Below, piece after piece: positions 23,551 through 35,930 of a stretch of DNA of 64,000 bases. The notes under the pieces are model-generated. The model saw only the letters and a program-made list of their open reading frames with translations, was not told the origin of the DNA and made no database searches. The position numbers and the translations under genes are program-made. Every line of letters starts with the position of its first letter. Position 1 is the first letter of the stretch. The stretch is taken from NCBI GenBank assembly GCA_028534125.1, contig CM052817.1, positions 84,136,001-84,200,000 on the forward strand, read 5' to 3'. Source of the stretch: Lama glama. Its lineage: Eukaryota.

Positions 23551-25329
23551 ATATTATCTGGTTAACACATCCAGTGACAAAGACTCTAGGAGCCAGGTTC
23601 ACTTCTTGTTTAATGTCTAATCCATAAATGTAATATATAACGTGATTAGACATTTAAAAAAAAATCACAGCCTGTAATTGAGTGCCTCTTTAGCTGCAAG
23701 GTGTAGGGAATACAGGCTACAGTGCACCATCTGAATCCGACATTCTCACGGTCCAGACTTCCACAACAAGCCCAGGCTTATCGACGTTTGAAATCCACTT
23801 TGCCGTTCTGCATTTGTGATTTTATAATGACTTCCACATGCATTAGCATCCCATTAATGGGCCAGTATATGAAAACAGTTGTCTTATGAAGTGAGGGGAC
23901 TTTTTTTCCTTTCTTTTTCTTTTCTATTAAAACCACAGGTGTATAGAATGAAAATGCTCAATCTAATGAGTGTAACCTGGAAAGTAATTTCATGGGCTGT
24001 AGTACTTTGATGGCAATAATTCTTGGATGTCAAAAGGATAAGGACACAGTTTTTTGCTTCTAATTTTATTCTTAGAAAATGATGGTATTGAGCCATCTAT
24101 GGAGTGCCCCTGTAGATTAATTCCAGTTTTCCTTTTGTAGAGGAGATTTAAGGGAAGTCTTAATCTGCTTTATATTTAACTCTTATCTCCACATTATGAA
24201 TTAAAAATAGAAAGCTGGACTCTGGTCTCACCTCTGCAGACTCTTTGAGGGCTGAAGTTACCCGGGGAAGGATGGGCTGAGAGCTGCTCCAGGTCTCTGT
24301 CTGGCTTAGCACCCCTCCCGGACTTTCCCAGCAGCTAGCTGCTTCTTTATGATTTTCAGTCCAAGAATCTCATGTTCACATGTCTAAGATGAGCAGCCCT
24401 TATTCCATGATGCTTAAAGGACACTCAGCATTTTTCCTCAGGTACTTTTCATTTGTCAAGAAACAATGAATTCTGAGTCCTTTAGGATTCTGCAATCTAA
24501 GAAATTTCCTGCTTCCTCTGGTTATTTTCTCATAAATCCATGCTTAAGATGGGAAGAGAAGTAAAGAGCACTTTGCTCTGCTTTCTCTTCAGCCAGTAAA
24601 AATTGCTCTGGAGTGCTTCCCTCATTTCCTTTCTCCCCGCTTCCATTTCCCATCTCCACACCTTTCCGCAATTCTCTTCTCCTGTCCTTGTCCTGTCTCT
24701 CCCTTTGTCAGACCATGTCTGAGACAGCAGGAAGGGCAGGAAGTGTTCGGGAGCTGGGGGAGGAGCTGGAATTGCGCAGCTCCTTCTCACCTACTGCCCT
24801 GTCTCCTACCTGGAGCTTCAGAAATACAGTTGAGGGTCATTCATCAAGAAGTAATCATCGAATCAGCCTAGATCAGAAAGGGTAAGACACCTGTGTGGAA
24901 ACCTCTACAGCTTTGGGTTCCCGGCACTTCCAGCCTGGTAAAGTTAGCATGTCTGGTGAACCATGGCTGGTGTAGGCGCGGGGAGAAAACCAACCATGTA
25001 GGAAGCAAGCAGAGCATCTATGCTTGTCCTGTCCTCCCTTAATTTATAAACACTCTCCCTCCGTCACTTTCTTCCTCCACTGTCCCCCTAGTGGTAAGTT
25101 TCAATTCTAGAGTCTTAACCCAAAATACCAAAAGGAGACCATTTTTCACTTTGTTAATTGTAAAAATTTCACATCTTCAGGGAAGAGGAGCCCTTTTTTC
25201 CTCTGTTCCCTCCTCTTCACCACCACAATCCCAAGAGCAGCAGTGGTGACCACTTACTAAATGCCTGCTGTATGCCTGATTGGGAGTGTTGAATGTACAT
25301 TCAAAGGAAAAAGAGCGCCTCAAATCATG

Positions 25330-25990
25330 GGGCTATCCGCCCCTCAAGGACAGGACTTTCCAAGCTGTGGATTGTTGGGCAGTACATGAAATTGAGTTAG
25401 TTGTGGAGGTTGGCATTTTAAAAAATAAAGAAAATGGAATGGCATGGACCAGAACAAAGCAGAAAAAAATTAGAGAAGATTGCATACGGTAGGAGTAACT
25501 ATTATTTTGTGAACCTTTGGTTTTCTAGAGTGGAGAGTGTGATAGTGCTTTCTGGGGGCCCCTCTCCATCTCCTTGTCTCCCTTACAGCCAGCCAGGTGA
25601 CTGGGCTCTGGCTGTGGTTGTACATCTAGAGGGATCTATGCCACTTTCAGATATGGCACATAAAACTCTCCTACATAGGCTCCTCCACCTTCTTCCTTCC
25701 ACATGCCTGCTGGATGACACCAGGGCAACCCTGAAGCCACAAGATGTCAGAATCACAGTGTGGAAGCAGCCTGGCTCCCTGAGTCTCATTGGCAGGAGTG
25801 CCAGCCGCCAGAGTCACCTGACCAGGGACCTCAGCTTTTAGCTTTATGTGAATGAGAAATAAACTTCTATTATGTTAAGCCAGATTGTTTCTCCTACCTT
25901 GTGCAAGTGTATGTGTGTTTGTATGTATACATGTGGTTTATGTAATAACCTTTATTTCTGAATGTAGATTTTAGTGAAAACCATTTGAAA
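25330..25990. mobile_element. hAT-Charlie non-autonomous element (MER103C-like), interrupted by an MLT1 LTR fragment at ~25545-25890
   Basis: gaaaatggaatggcatggaccagaac...ggagtaactattattttgtgaacctttgg; MLT1 motifs ggaagcagcctggctccctgagt and gtgaatgagaaataaacttctattatgttaagcca. Confidence 0.5.
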
Positions 25991-25999
25991 GCTCCTGCT

Positions 26000-26187
26000 C
26001 TCAGTGTTTCAGATGCAGTCCTAGATCAATTGCAGTTGAATCATTTTGGACGCTCATTAGAAATGACAATTTCTGGACCCTACTGAGCTCTGCTGTGTCA
26101 GGATCTTTGTGCTGGGGCCTGAAAGTGTTTAACATGTTTAACAAACTCCACAGATAAACCTTATGACTCTCAAGTTTAAAGAGCACT
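26000..26187. mobile_element. MER5-like hAT DNA transposon
   Basis: cagtgtttc...cattagaaatgacaatttctggaccc...ggggcctgaaa...tttaacaaactccacag...aagtttaaagagcact. Confidence 0.65.
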
Positions 26188-26870
26188 TTGGCCCTGGCAC
26201 TAGTAGAAACATTTTCTTGGCAACCCTGGGGCTGGATAAATCCACCAAGCTTTATACCTATTTTCTTTGGTCATTGTCCAAAGTATGAGTCTCTCCCTGT
26301 TCCCCACTCTATCTATACTCTGAATAATCTTGTTACAATAATGCTCTGTACTGATTCACATAATCTTTTTCTCAGAACATTTCCCACTCCCCTTTTTCCT
26401 AAACACTTTAACTGTCCTCTAAAAAGCCTGCTGTGTAATTAACAAATGTCCCTATGTCTACAACCTCTTCCCTGGACATTTTCGTAATCTTCTGGCTCTC
26501 CCCTGAGTTACCTGTTCTGCTGCCCATTCAAATGGGAGCTGTTCATTTTCCATATTGTATGTACTATGTATTTTCAGGGTTGGAAAGTGGGGCAAGCCCC
26601 TTCCTCAGTACTCATTGCTGCCTACCAACTGTGACTGCCCCACCCTTTGTCTGCAAGTCACAGAATACCCAACTAGAAGAGCCATAAACAATGAGGAAAT
26701 TCATAATCTCACATTATAAGAAATCATATTCTTGAATGATAACTGGTTAATTCAGCAGCACTTTCCATATTTCCACTTTTTCTTCTCCAGCATGTTTATC
26801 CTCAGACTTGTTTCTTTGTGGTCACAAGATGGCTGCCACAACTCCAGATATCACATCCCTCACAGCTATG

Positions 26871-27358
26871 TCAGTATTAATTTCCTATGGCTGCTGTAAC
26901 AAATTATCCCAAATTTGGTGACTTAAATGATGATAATTTATTCTTTCACTGGTTGGAGGCCATATGTCTGAAATTAGTATCACTGAACTGAAACCAAGGT
27001 GTGGTCAGGGCCATACTCCAAACAGGCTTTAAGTGAGAATTTGTTCCTTGCCTCTTCCAGATTCTGGTGGCTGCCAGTATTCCTTGGCTTTTGGCTGCGT
27101 CACTCCAATCTCTGCCTCCATCTTCACATTGCCTTTTCTTCTGTCTGTGTCAAATTTCCTTCTGCCTCTCTCTTATGAGTGACCTTAGGTCACTTGTGAT
27201 TGCATTTAGGGTCCACCTGGACAATCCAGGATGATCTCTCCATCTCATGATCCTAACCTTAATCATATCTGCAGACTTTTTTCCCCATACAAATTGATGT
27301 CTATAAATTCTAGGTTTATCACCTGATATCTTTGAATATCATTATTCAGCTTACTACA
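26871..27358 (-). mobile_element. MLT1 (ERVL-MaLR) LTR
   Basis: gtattaatttcctatggctgctgtaacaaattatcccaaatttggtgacttaa...ttgcctcttccagattctggtggctgccag...attcagcttactaca; sits inside an older MLT-like fragment. Confidence 0.85.
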
Positions 27359-27435
27359 ATGTCCAAATGTAGAAAGGGCAATTTCTCCTCATCTATGATT
27401 ACTTAACAAGGAGGAAGTCTTTCCCAGGAGCCCCC

Positions 27436-27792
27436 TGTCTTAGCCAGTTTGGGCTGTTATAACTGAATACTACAGACTGGCTTAAACAACAAATGTTTTA
27501 TTTCTCACAGTTCTGGAGGCTGGGATGTCCAAGATCAAACCACTGGCAGACCCAGTGTCTGCTGAGATCATTCCTGATTTGCAGATGTGGTCGAATCTAG
27601 TTGTATACTTACATGGCTGAGAGCACATTTCTCTCAATTACATTTTTTCTTATAAGGGCACTAATTCCATTCATAAGTCTCCTCCTTCATGACCTAATTA
27701 TCTCCAGAGGCTTTACTTCCTATAATGGTATATTGTGGGGTTAGGATTTCAACATATGAATTTTGAAGGGACACAAACACTCAGTCCATAAG
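27436..27792 (-). mobile_element. MLT1A/B-like LTR
   Basis: tgtcttagccagtttgggctgttataac...tttctcacagttctggaggctggga...taagggcactaattccattcat...ttcaacatatgaattttg...acaaacactcagtccataa. Confidence 0.85.
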
Positions 27793-27899
27793 ACTCCTAC
27801 CCCTGGCATATTGCCCACTAGTCCTCTTGGCTGTGGTTGGGTCATGAATTCACGCATGTGGCCTCTATCAGCAGAAAAATATGAGAGTCTGAGGGAAGA

Positions 27900-28620
27900 C
27901 TATTGGTTAGACCATCAGCATCTGCCTCAGGATTCCTGCTCCTTTATGGCTCATGTTATTGGAACTGCCCATCCGGAATGCTGTTCTTTTTTGGCTTTCT
28001 GCTCACTCCTTCTCAGTCATTGAAGACTTTGGCATTTGTCTCATAGTCTTTCTTTGTGGCCTATCTACCACTGACCATTCAGCTCTTTGACCTCTTCATC
28101 TCCCAGTGACCATCCCCGCTCCATCCCTGCCTTCCATCCCCACAGCTTCACCCTGGACCTGAACATCACTTGAAACTTCTCCTTCTCTGAAATAGCAACT
28201 ACAGACCCTCTGACCATGTCCTCCCACCCTTCCAGCTTACTCATTTTACCCCTCCTCTCTCCTTTCTGCTTATCCATCAGTCAGTCTTATCATGAGTTTC
28301 CTCCTATCCAGAATATATTTATTGCCCATATTTGAAACACCCTTGACCCTTGGTCCTTCCATTGACGTTATCCAGCAAAACACCAATCTTGGATGAACCC
28401 ATATCTGCTTGCTCAAACTTCTTCATTGTCTTTGATTCTCACCCCTTCACTCTCAGCAGATAACTTTACTTCATAGTTAATTAAAATAGAAGATGTCTGA
28501 TGGAAACTCATTAACTTCCCAATACTACATTTACTTGTCTGTGTTACTGAGATGTTTAATCATCTGGCCTTGTTACAGTGGAATGGAGCTCCTTCTGCTA
28601 GAGGACAATCCATCTTCTTG
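27900..28620 (+). mobile_element. L2 LINE fragment including an endonuclease-region remnant
   Basis: caccctggacctgaacatcac (TLDL motif), ctctgaccat (SDH motif), caaaacaccaatcttggatgaaccca, ccttcactctcagcagataactttacttc. Confidence 0.6.
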
Positions 28621-29497
28621 TTCTATGGAAACACGACTAAGCTTTGGTCAACGAGATGTAAGTGGAAGTGTAGTACAGAAGTATTTGCAGCGCTTTTTTC
28701 AAAGATACTGAGCATATATCCTTTACCTTATTCTTCTAGTCCCCTCCTCCATCCAGATACCTGGAATATGAATGTGACCAGTGGAGCTCTTGCAGCCATT
28801 TTAAAAGAGTGATGCCCATGGAATGGCAGAGGAGTTAGATAGAACTATTTTTACCTTCTTTAAATCATTCCAGTTTCTAATCCACACAGGTACAACTCTT
28901 CTCTTAGAGTCTAAATCCTACACTCTTCAGATGTGTTTAAAATTTTGCTCTGCTAAAATAACTTTATGCTAAAAGAACTATCTTCTTTCTAAACTTGACA
29001 TAAAGTAAAAAATCGGCTTCCATTAACTGCCATGTCCCATTGTCCTTTCCCAGTTCCTGGCTTTACTCTCCCTCACAGAGGTGATAGTTGTTGAGGGATA
29101 GGATTAGGGATGAAAAGAAGAAAGCGTAGCCCCATCACCCATATGTAATACTAGTCAGTTTTTGGTAAAATTTGTATCATTCTCTCTTTCCTTATTTTTC
29201 TCCCTCTTTCCTTCCTTGTGCTTTACTTTCTATGCTCCTTTTACCCTGGTTAGAAGTTGATCCAGAGCAGGGAAGATACTCAAACTATATATCAACATCA
29301 GCAAGTTTTCATTTCTATAACCTGTATTTTTTTTTGCCTTATGATTTAGATGAAAATATTAAAAATAAGAAGAGGGCTTTTTGAGTGATTACCTTCTACA
29401 GGGACACAAAAAAAACATCCTCTTGAGGGAAAATGTAACCTGATCATTTGTCTCAGAGTCTGACTAGAACAGAGAAAAAGTTCTTGCAAAAGGCAGC

Positions 29498-29855
29498 TAT
29501 ATTCAATATTTTGTAGTAACCTATAGTAAAAAAGAATATGAAGGGTGGGAAGGGATAGACTGGGATTTCAAAATTGTAGAATAGATAAACAAGATTACAC
29601 TGTATAGCACAGGGAAATATACACAAAATGTTATGATAACTCACAGAGAAAAAAATGTGACGATGAGTGTGTATATGTCCATGAATGACTGAAACATTGT
29701 GCTGAACACTGGAATTTGATACAACATTGTAAAATGATTATAAATCAATAAAAAATGTTAAAAAAAGAATATGAAAATAAATATGTGCATGTCTGAAACA
29801 TACTGTACACTAGAAACTGGCACATTATAACTGACTATACTTCAATAAAAAAATT
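29498..29855 (+). mobile_element. Short L1 3' end (host of a nested insertion)
   Basis: tatattcaatattttgtagtaacctatag...ctgtacactagaaactggcacattataactgactatacttcaataaaa; TSD-like AAAGG(C/T)AGC at 29489-29497 and 29861-29869. Confidence 0.85.
29543..29760 (+). mobile_element. Younger L1 3' end nested inside the older L1 3' end
   Basis: gggtgggaagggatagactgggatttcaaaattgtagaatagataaacaag...aatcaataaaaaatgtta; perfect 15-bp TSD AAAAAAGAATATGAA at 29528-29542 and 29761-29775. Confidence 0.9.
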
Positions 29856-29899
29856 TTTTTAAAGGTAGCCAAAAAAGAAATGGAGGGTCAGTGGTTTAC

Positions 29900-30555
29900 G
29901 CTCCCTATCCCATCCCATCTTCCACTCTGCTGCCCAAGTGGCAAGTCTGAGAGGCAAACCTGGTTGTTCACTCTCCTGCTTAAAGCCCCTCAGTGGCTCC
30001 ATTCTAACATCATCTTTCACCTCTGGTCTGCCTCACACCCTGTGCCTCCAGTTACCCTGAATCACTTGCTCTTTTACATCTCTGCACTTTCTGTTGCTCT
30101 TTTCTGGACTGACCTCCCACCTAATCCTTCTAGCAAAGACCCATTCAGCTTCAAGGCTCACTTCAAGAACCTTCTTGTCATTCGTGAAGTTTCTTGTCCC
30201 TCTTTACCTCCCTTCTCCCAACTGACCTTTTCCTTCATTTTGTCCACCTCTCAAAAAGTATCACTAACACGTGTCACACTTTATTACAAAATCATTTGAA
30301 ATGCATGTATCCTTCTCTTTGACTGTCAGCTCACCAAAGCCTTATTTATTCTTTCATTGCTCATGTAATTCACACTTTTCTTTTTGTAAAAGAATCAATA
30401 TAGAAATATCACATGGGAGTCTCCCTTCACTTCTAACCTTCAGTCTCCCTCCCCTCCCCTTCTTATTCGTATTTGAACCCTCAGTGCCTAGTTCAGTGTC
30501 TGACACACAGAAGCCCCACAACTGTTTTAAATGAATGAATGAATGAATGAATGAC
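29900..30555 (+). mobile_element. L2 3' fragment ending in (GAAT)n
   Basis: cactctcctgcttaaagcccctcagtggctcc...cagtgcctagttcagtgtctgacacacag...aatgaatgaatgaatg. Confidence 0.75.
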
Positions 30556-30879
30556 TATCCTGTCAAGGTTGTCCTTGACTAGTAACACATCTACTCATAA
30601 ATCTGAGTTTAAATACCCATTCACAGCGTGCAGCTTCCTCACTCCAAGGTAACATCATGTATGTGCTCTCTTGGGGTTTATTTTTGCTAACTCACTGTCT
30701 GAATCTTCAGTCTCCTCCAGGTCCTGTTTACTTTAACTATTCAAAGCTCTGCTCCTCTGCTGGAGCAGTTTACATTGGGAGGAAGTTTTCCCACTGCCTG
30801 TGCAGTGTAAATTGGTTTCTAAACAATCTTGCCCACAGTCTCCATTAATACTGTACTGTAGAGCAAGGCAGGATAAAAT

Positions 30880-31210
30880 ATTCAAAGTAGCAGGAGTTAC
30901 TTTTTAGGATGATTGAATATGATGAAGGAGCCAAGGACAAAGGGTAATTTATTCCAAAGGAAGTCAACACCTTTGCTTTGCACCAGTTCTTGCAGTTAAA
31001 AAATAGGGCTGGTAATTGGACTTGCTTTATGAAAATCTCATTAGCATTAGCATATAACTAAAATGCACAGCTCCATAGTTAATTGCAATCCTGCACTGCG
31101 GTTAACAACTACAGTGATGACATTTGCATATTGCACATAAAATTAAAAATGCATGTCAGATAGGTGCTCTTTCAGAAAAAAAATCCTTGAATAACATTGC
31201 ATTCACTACA
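30880..31210. promoter_or_regulatory. Candidate developmental enhancer (unique, homeodomain/POU-motif dense)
   Basis: TGACATTTGCAT (TALE site overlapping an octamer, 31118-31129), TTTATGA, CATAAAA, TAATTG x2, CATTAG x2; no TE signature recognised. Confidence 0.4.
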
Positions 31211-31609
31211 ATCATCGGGAAGATTTTGAATTTGAATGGAAATTATATGTATAGTATGAGCTTTAGAAACACAGAGGAGCCTGATCAAAGAGGAGGGGAA
31301 GCTAAATATGAAACATCGCAAAGGCAAAGCTCCAGCAGCTGGGACCTTCCTCAAGGGCAGGGACCTTGTAGTACTGAACTGTGTGTGCTTTGTGTAAATA
31401 CAGCCCTTTTATCTGAGAGTCTCATGTCACTACCCAGGCATCAGTCTCATCTTGGTGCTTTTCCTCTAGACTGTAAGCTCCTTGAGATCATGGCCTTGAT
31501 CCTTTTAAATCTTTGAATCCCATAATGCTTAGCAGGTACAGGCACTCAATGAGTTGTAGGTGTGAACCGACTCAAGGCCTCACAAACTGAATCCAGCAGA
31601 CGTGAGAGA

Positions 31610-31830
31610 CTGTGCTGTGAAGTGGCTAAGAGTGGATATTTTCACTTCAGTGTCCTTGAGCTGGTTACCTTGAGCCAGTTGCTTGGACCTCTCTAATCCT
31701 CCATTTCCTCCCCTATAAAAGGTTTTCTGCTTACGAGGTTTTTGAGAAGGTTCAGAAAGATAATGCGTACATAATACTTAGCACAGCACAGGGCCTGGCA
31801 CACAGCAAGTGCTATTGTTATTGTTGTTGC
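31610..31830 (+). mobile_element. MIR SINE
   Basis: gtggctaagagtgg...accttgagccagttgcttggacctctct...tttcctcccctataaaa...cttagcacagcacagggcctggcacacagcaagtgct. Confidence 0.8.
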
Positions 31831-32112
31831 TGTAGTTTTGGGGTGAAAGATCACAGGAAAGGGCACGTGGAGGCTGAGGTATAAAGCACTTGGAATGTCA
31901 GTCCTAGTGCCAGTCAGCCACAAGACAGAATGTCACCATGAGTAATAGTACTTGCCACAAAGGCCGATAACTTTTGTTCTATTTTACCAAGAAAGAAAAT
32001 GAGTTCCTGAAAGAGAATGGAGGGGCATAAGAAAGCAAGACCACTCTCTAAATGGATGATAGAAAGATTCAATATCAGGTTTTGTAAGTGAGACTCCTCT
32101 GTGCCTCTAGAT

Positions 32113-32396
32113 TGTCTGCTTCTTGGAAGACAACAGTGGGCCAGGAACCAGAGTCAGGAAGTCAGGAAGGAAAGGCAAGGAAGGGCTTTCTGTGGCGGAC
32201 TAGGCTATTTCATTCATTCATTCGTTCATTCATTTATTCATCATTCAGCTAATATTATTTATTGTGCCCATACCTACGCAATGCACTGTGCTAGGAACTC
32301 AGAGACAGGGATGACCATGGAGGTGGACCTAATTGTTAAACAGTTGGAAATTCTAGGCTAGAAATAAAGTGAAGGACCAGAGCTAGAATAAAGACC
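32113..32396 (+). repeat. Local direct duplication, copy 1 (pair at 33287-33549)
   Basis: Colinear match from tgtctgcttcttggaagaca through gaaattctaggctagaaataaagtgaagga; paralogous ORF-track peptides at 32101 and 33297. Confidence 0.92.
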
Positions 32397-33286
32397 CAGA
32401 TGTAATCAGCATGAGGAAGAGCTGGAACTCTGGACACAGGGCAGGTCCCGAGGCTGTTCTTTAGGGAACACTCCCAGTGAGGGGATAAGAAAGGGAATTG
32501 GCACCAATGAAGCAAACAGAGGAGAAATATGGGAAGGAAAAGGGCAGAGAGGCCGGGGATGTTGAAGGAGAGGAACGTTTCAACTGGTAGAATGGTAGCT
32601 GGCAGAGTAAGTTCTGGGTAAAGTCAATGAGGGTCACTGGATCTGGTGATAAGGAGGCCACTGCTGATTCTTCTCCAAGAGGGGGGTTACTGTAAAGGGG
32701 TGTGGATGAGAACTTGACATCAAGGGTAGGTAGGGGATGATAGGGTGGGAAGAAAATGTGCGAAAATGTAGGCTATGGTTTGGCAGTAAGAGAATAAAGC
32801 TCAGCCAGTAGTTTGAGGGCACAGCACAGTTGGAAAAGACTCTGTAGTATTGTAGAGACCTAAAGTAGGAGGCAGTGAGAAAAGAGAGAAACAAGGTACG
32901 AGACAGCTGGAGGTGGTGATACCATCAAGATCAGCCCAAGTCCCAAGAAGTGCAGGAATCTTGTGAGCTGTTCTGTTCTGAGGGACTGAGGCCAGCACCG
33001 TCCCATTTAGGTGAGGTGCCTCTTTTCTTTGACTCATAGCCCTGATTCTTACCTGTATCCCAATACATGTCAAACTGTAATTTTCAGTTTTTTCATGTCT
33101 CCTCCTTTGATGGTGAATTCTTCAACTTCAGGAACCATGTCTTACTCATCTGAAATTCCCCAGTGACTACCTAGTTCAAGGTCTGGCATAGTCAATAAGG
33201 ACTATTGAGTTCAACTACATAGTCCCTCATAGCCAGTCTGTTCCATCAACTAGAGTTCCCAGTAATTACACAGCCCCTTTATAAAC

Positions 33287-33549
33287 TGTCTGCTTCTTGG
33301 AAGACAGCAATGGGCCAGCAACCAGAGTCAGGAAGGAAGGACAAGGTAGGGCTTTCTGTGGTGGACTGGGTAATTTCATTCATTCATTCATTCATCATGT
33401 AGCTAATAGTATTTATTGTGACCATACCTTTGCAATGCACTATGCTAGGAACTCAGAGATACAGATGACCATGGATGTGGACCTCATTAGTATGCAGTTG
33501 GAAATTCTGGGCTAGAAATACAGTGAAGGATCAGAACTAGAGAGAAAGA
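33287..33549 (+). repeat. Local direct duplication, copy 2 (pair at 32113-32396)
   Basis: Same colinear match as copy 1. Confidence 0.92.
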
Positions 33550-34949
33550 TATGGCCACCTCTGCCCTAATCTTACGTATTTCTTATATTAAGGTAAGAGC
33601 TGCAAGAAGTTTGGGTATAGTTCACTCCCCACCCCATGCTTGCAGGAGCAGACCAGGACACATGGGAGCCTTGTCTCACCCAAAGCTAAATGAACTGTGT
33701 GAGGCACTAACTGAAATGAAGCCAAGAAGCCACGGTCCTATTCTCTCACAGCTTTTCTTAGAGAGTCTGACCCAGAGTCTTTCTACTTCTCTCTCTACTC
33801 TTCCCATTCTGGCTTGTATGTTTTGTCAGCTCACCACTGCCTGTATCCTGTTTCTACTTTTGAAAGCCTGTTTTTAGACCCAAGCCTTTCATTTTGCCTT
33901 TACTCAAAGTTTTCTGCACACTCACTAGCTCTAAGAAAATGATTTTGAACCAAAATCTGACAATAGAAGTTGAGCCAGCGTTTTTCACCCCTCCAGATCC
34001 CACGTGGGTCTGACTCAGACAAGACCCCAAAACATAAGCGCTTCTGAGTAACAGCCAACTCTGGGGCCTCTGACGTGGAGCCATAGGCCTTCGGGGAAAG
34101 GGACAATCACTATCACGAAGTCAAAGCTGAGTACCAGACTGTCCTGATTTTCCTCGATAAGCCAATACTTGGAAAGCTTTCCAGTTAGCAGCTAAGAAAC
34201 TTTTCCTTTTTCACTCATGCTTACAAAATAATTTTCTTTTTCCAGAAAATGTTTTACTAGTAATTTCTTTTGGTTTAATCCTCTACTATTCAATTTGAAC
34301 ACCTTGGCTTTCTACATGTTGCGGGATCAGGACAGGCCTGGCAGTGACCCAGGGGCACAAAGGAGACAGCAAAGTGTGGTGTAATTCTATTCCTGTCACT
34401 GACACCTCCTGCCTTCTCCGGGACCTCTGCACACTCACCCTCCTGTGAGTCACAGTTTGCAGATCCTGAGGTCCAAGAAAAGGAAGCATTGTCTCACAGC
34501 TGTAAATCAAGAGTTGTGTTTGTGGATTTTGTTTTCCTGCTTCTCGTTCATACTTGTTCTTGTTTTCCCGGCACAGGGGCATCTGTGCCTAAAACAGCCG
34601 CTTATCTCAGCTGACTGCTGTTTGCTGATACCTGGCTCATTCTGTTCTGAAAAGCCACACAAAGGAAAAAGTTGGGAATTCTTTCTAATACAACGTTAAA
34701 CTTATCTATGCTAGATATGTCTCAGACACCCAAACTGCCTTAAAACCTAAACCAAGCTCAACATATGACTCACTCTCAGCCATGCGGGGGGGTCAGGGGG
34801 GAAGAGGGGTGCTGTTAGGGGAGAAACACACAAACCCTGATCACCTCATTATACAGCTCTTGTCCATTTTGCTCTTCCACAGGGCTTATACCTTCAGCTT
34901 CTCTCTATCTTGAATTTCTGGGTTCCTGACTGACACAGGTTCTCTTCTT

Positions 34950-35930
34950 GGTCAGTGGGGTTTAGAATTCAGCGCCAAGTGGCTTGGGTGGTGAGGGAGT
35001 GGCCACACACAGCGCCTCCTGCAGTCTCTGAGTGGGACTACGGGTAACTGAGCGGCGTCTAACCAGCCACCTCCCATGCTTGATGTGTCCACACAGAGCC
35101 TTTCCTTGGCTGGCTGTGTGGGTTGACAGTTCGCGATTTGGCCCCTTTCTTCCTGCGGTGCCTTCGCTGGAGGAGAACCTCCAAAGGTGCCATGTTGGTG
35201 TCTCTGATACTGTTTCATAGCAGCTCAGAGCAAGAGTCATCTGAAGCATAATACCTGAAGACTTATTCCATGCACTCTGCTTCCGCTGCAGCTCACCAAA
35301 AAAAGGAGCTGCTTATTTATCCAGCTGTCAGCCATTTCCCATAAATGTCTGGCCCGGTGAGCTGCACTGTGGCAGGCATTGCTTTAGTACCAATAGGCTG
35401 GCCCTCTGCCAGGTCCTCATTGTTGGCGACTCCATCTTGCTATTGAACGCTAAGTATGAGTCAGAGGGGATGCTGATAGAATCCCCGGCAGGTCCTGACC
35501 ACACGGGCAGACTGAGCCACACAGGGAGAGGGGCTGACCTTCACTCTGCAGAGTGGTTAGTTCTGAAGCTTGGTGCCATGTTAGTGCAAACAGTATGACA
35601 TACAATTCAACTACTCTGGTGCACTCATCTCTGGGCTGGGCTGTCAGAGGCACAGAAGTATATGTTGGTTTCTGTAGGAGTTATGGCCAGCAGCCCAGCT
35701 TCTTAACTGGGTTTAGTTTGAAAATAAATGCCTCACTGGACAGCGACACCTGTCTACTCTTTTTTGGAAGAAAATTGTTGCTTTGTGTAGGCCAATTTGT
35801 AACTTTAATAATCTTATCATTAGCTCTGAGTACTGTGCTAATTATTCATAGTTGTCCTTCATCTTTTGTATGTATTATTGTATTTATATAGCAGCAGCTG
35901 GTGAATGACTGTATCATTAGATAATGCCCA
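34950..35930. promoter_or_regulatory. Candidate regulatory block (unique, locally CpG-retaining)
   Basis: Several retained CpGs; CTCF-like CAGCGCCTCCTGCAG at ~35010-35024; multiple TGTCA/TGACA, CATTGT, CATAAA and TAATTA motifs. Confidence 0.35.

Noticed and set aside
25078..25096. CTCF site (CCACTAGGGGGA on the minus strand)
   Set aside because: Mismatch at the strongly conserved C of the GGC core; not supportable without a PWM scan or ChIP data.
32101..33515. Two paralogous small proteins (ORFs at 32101 and 33297)
   Set aside because: Similarity comes from a DNA duplication that includes an L2 (TTCA)n tail; non-ATG starts and no coding signature.
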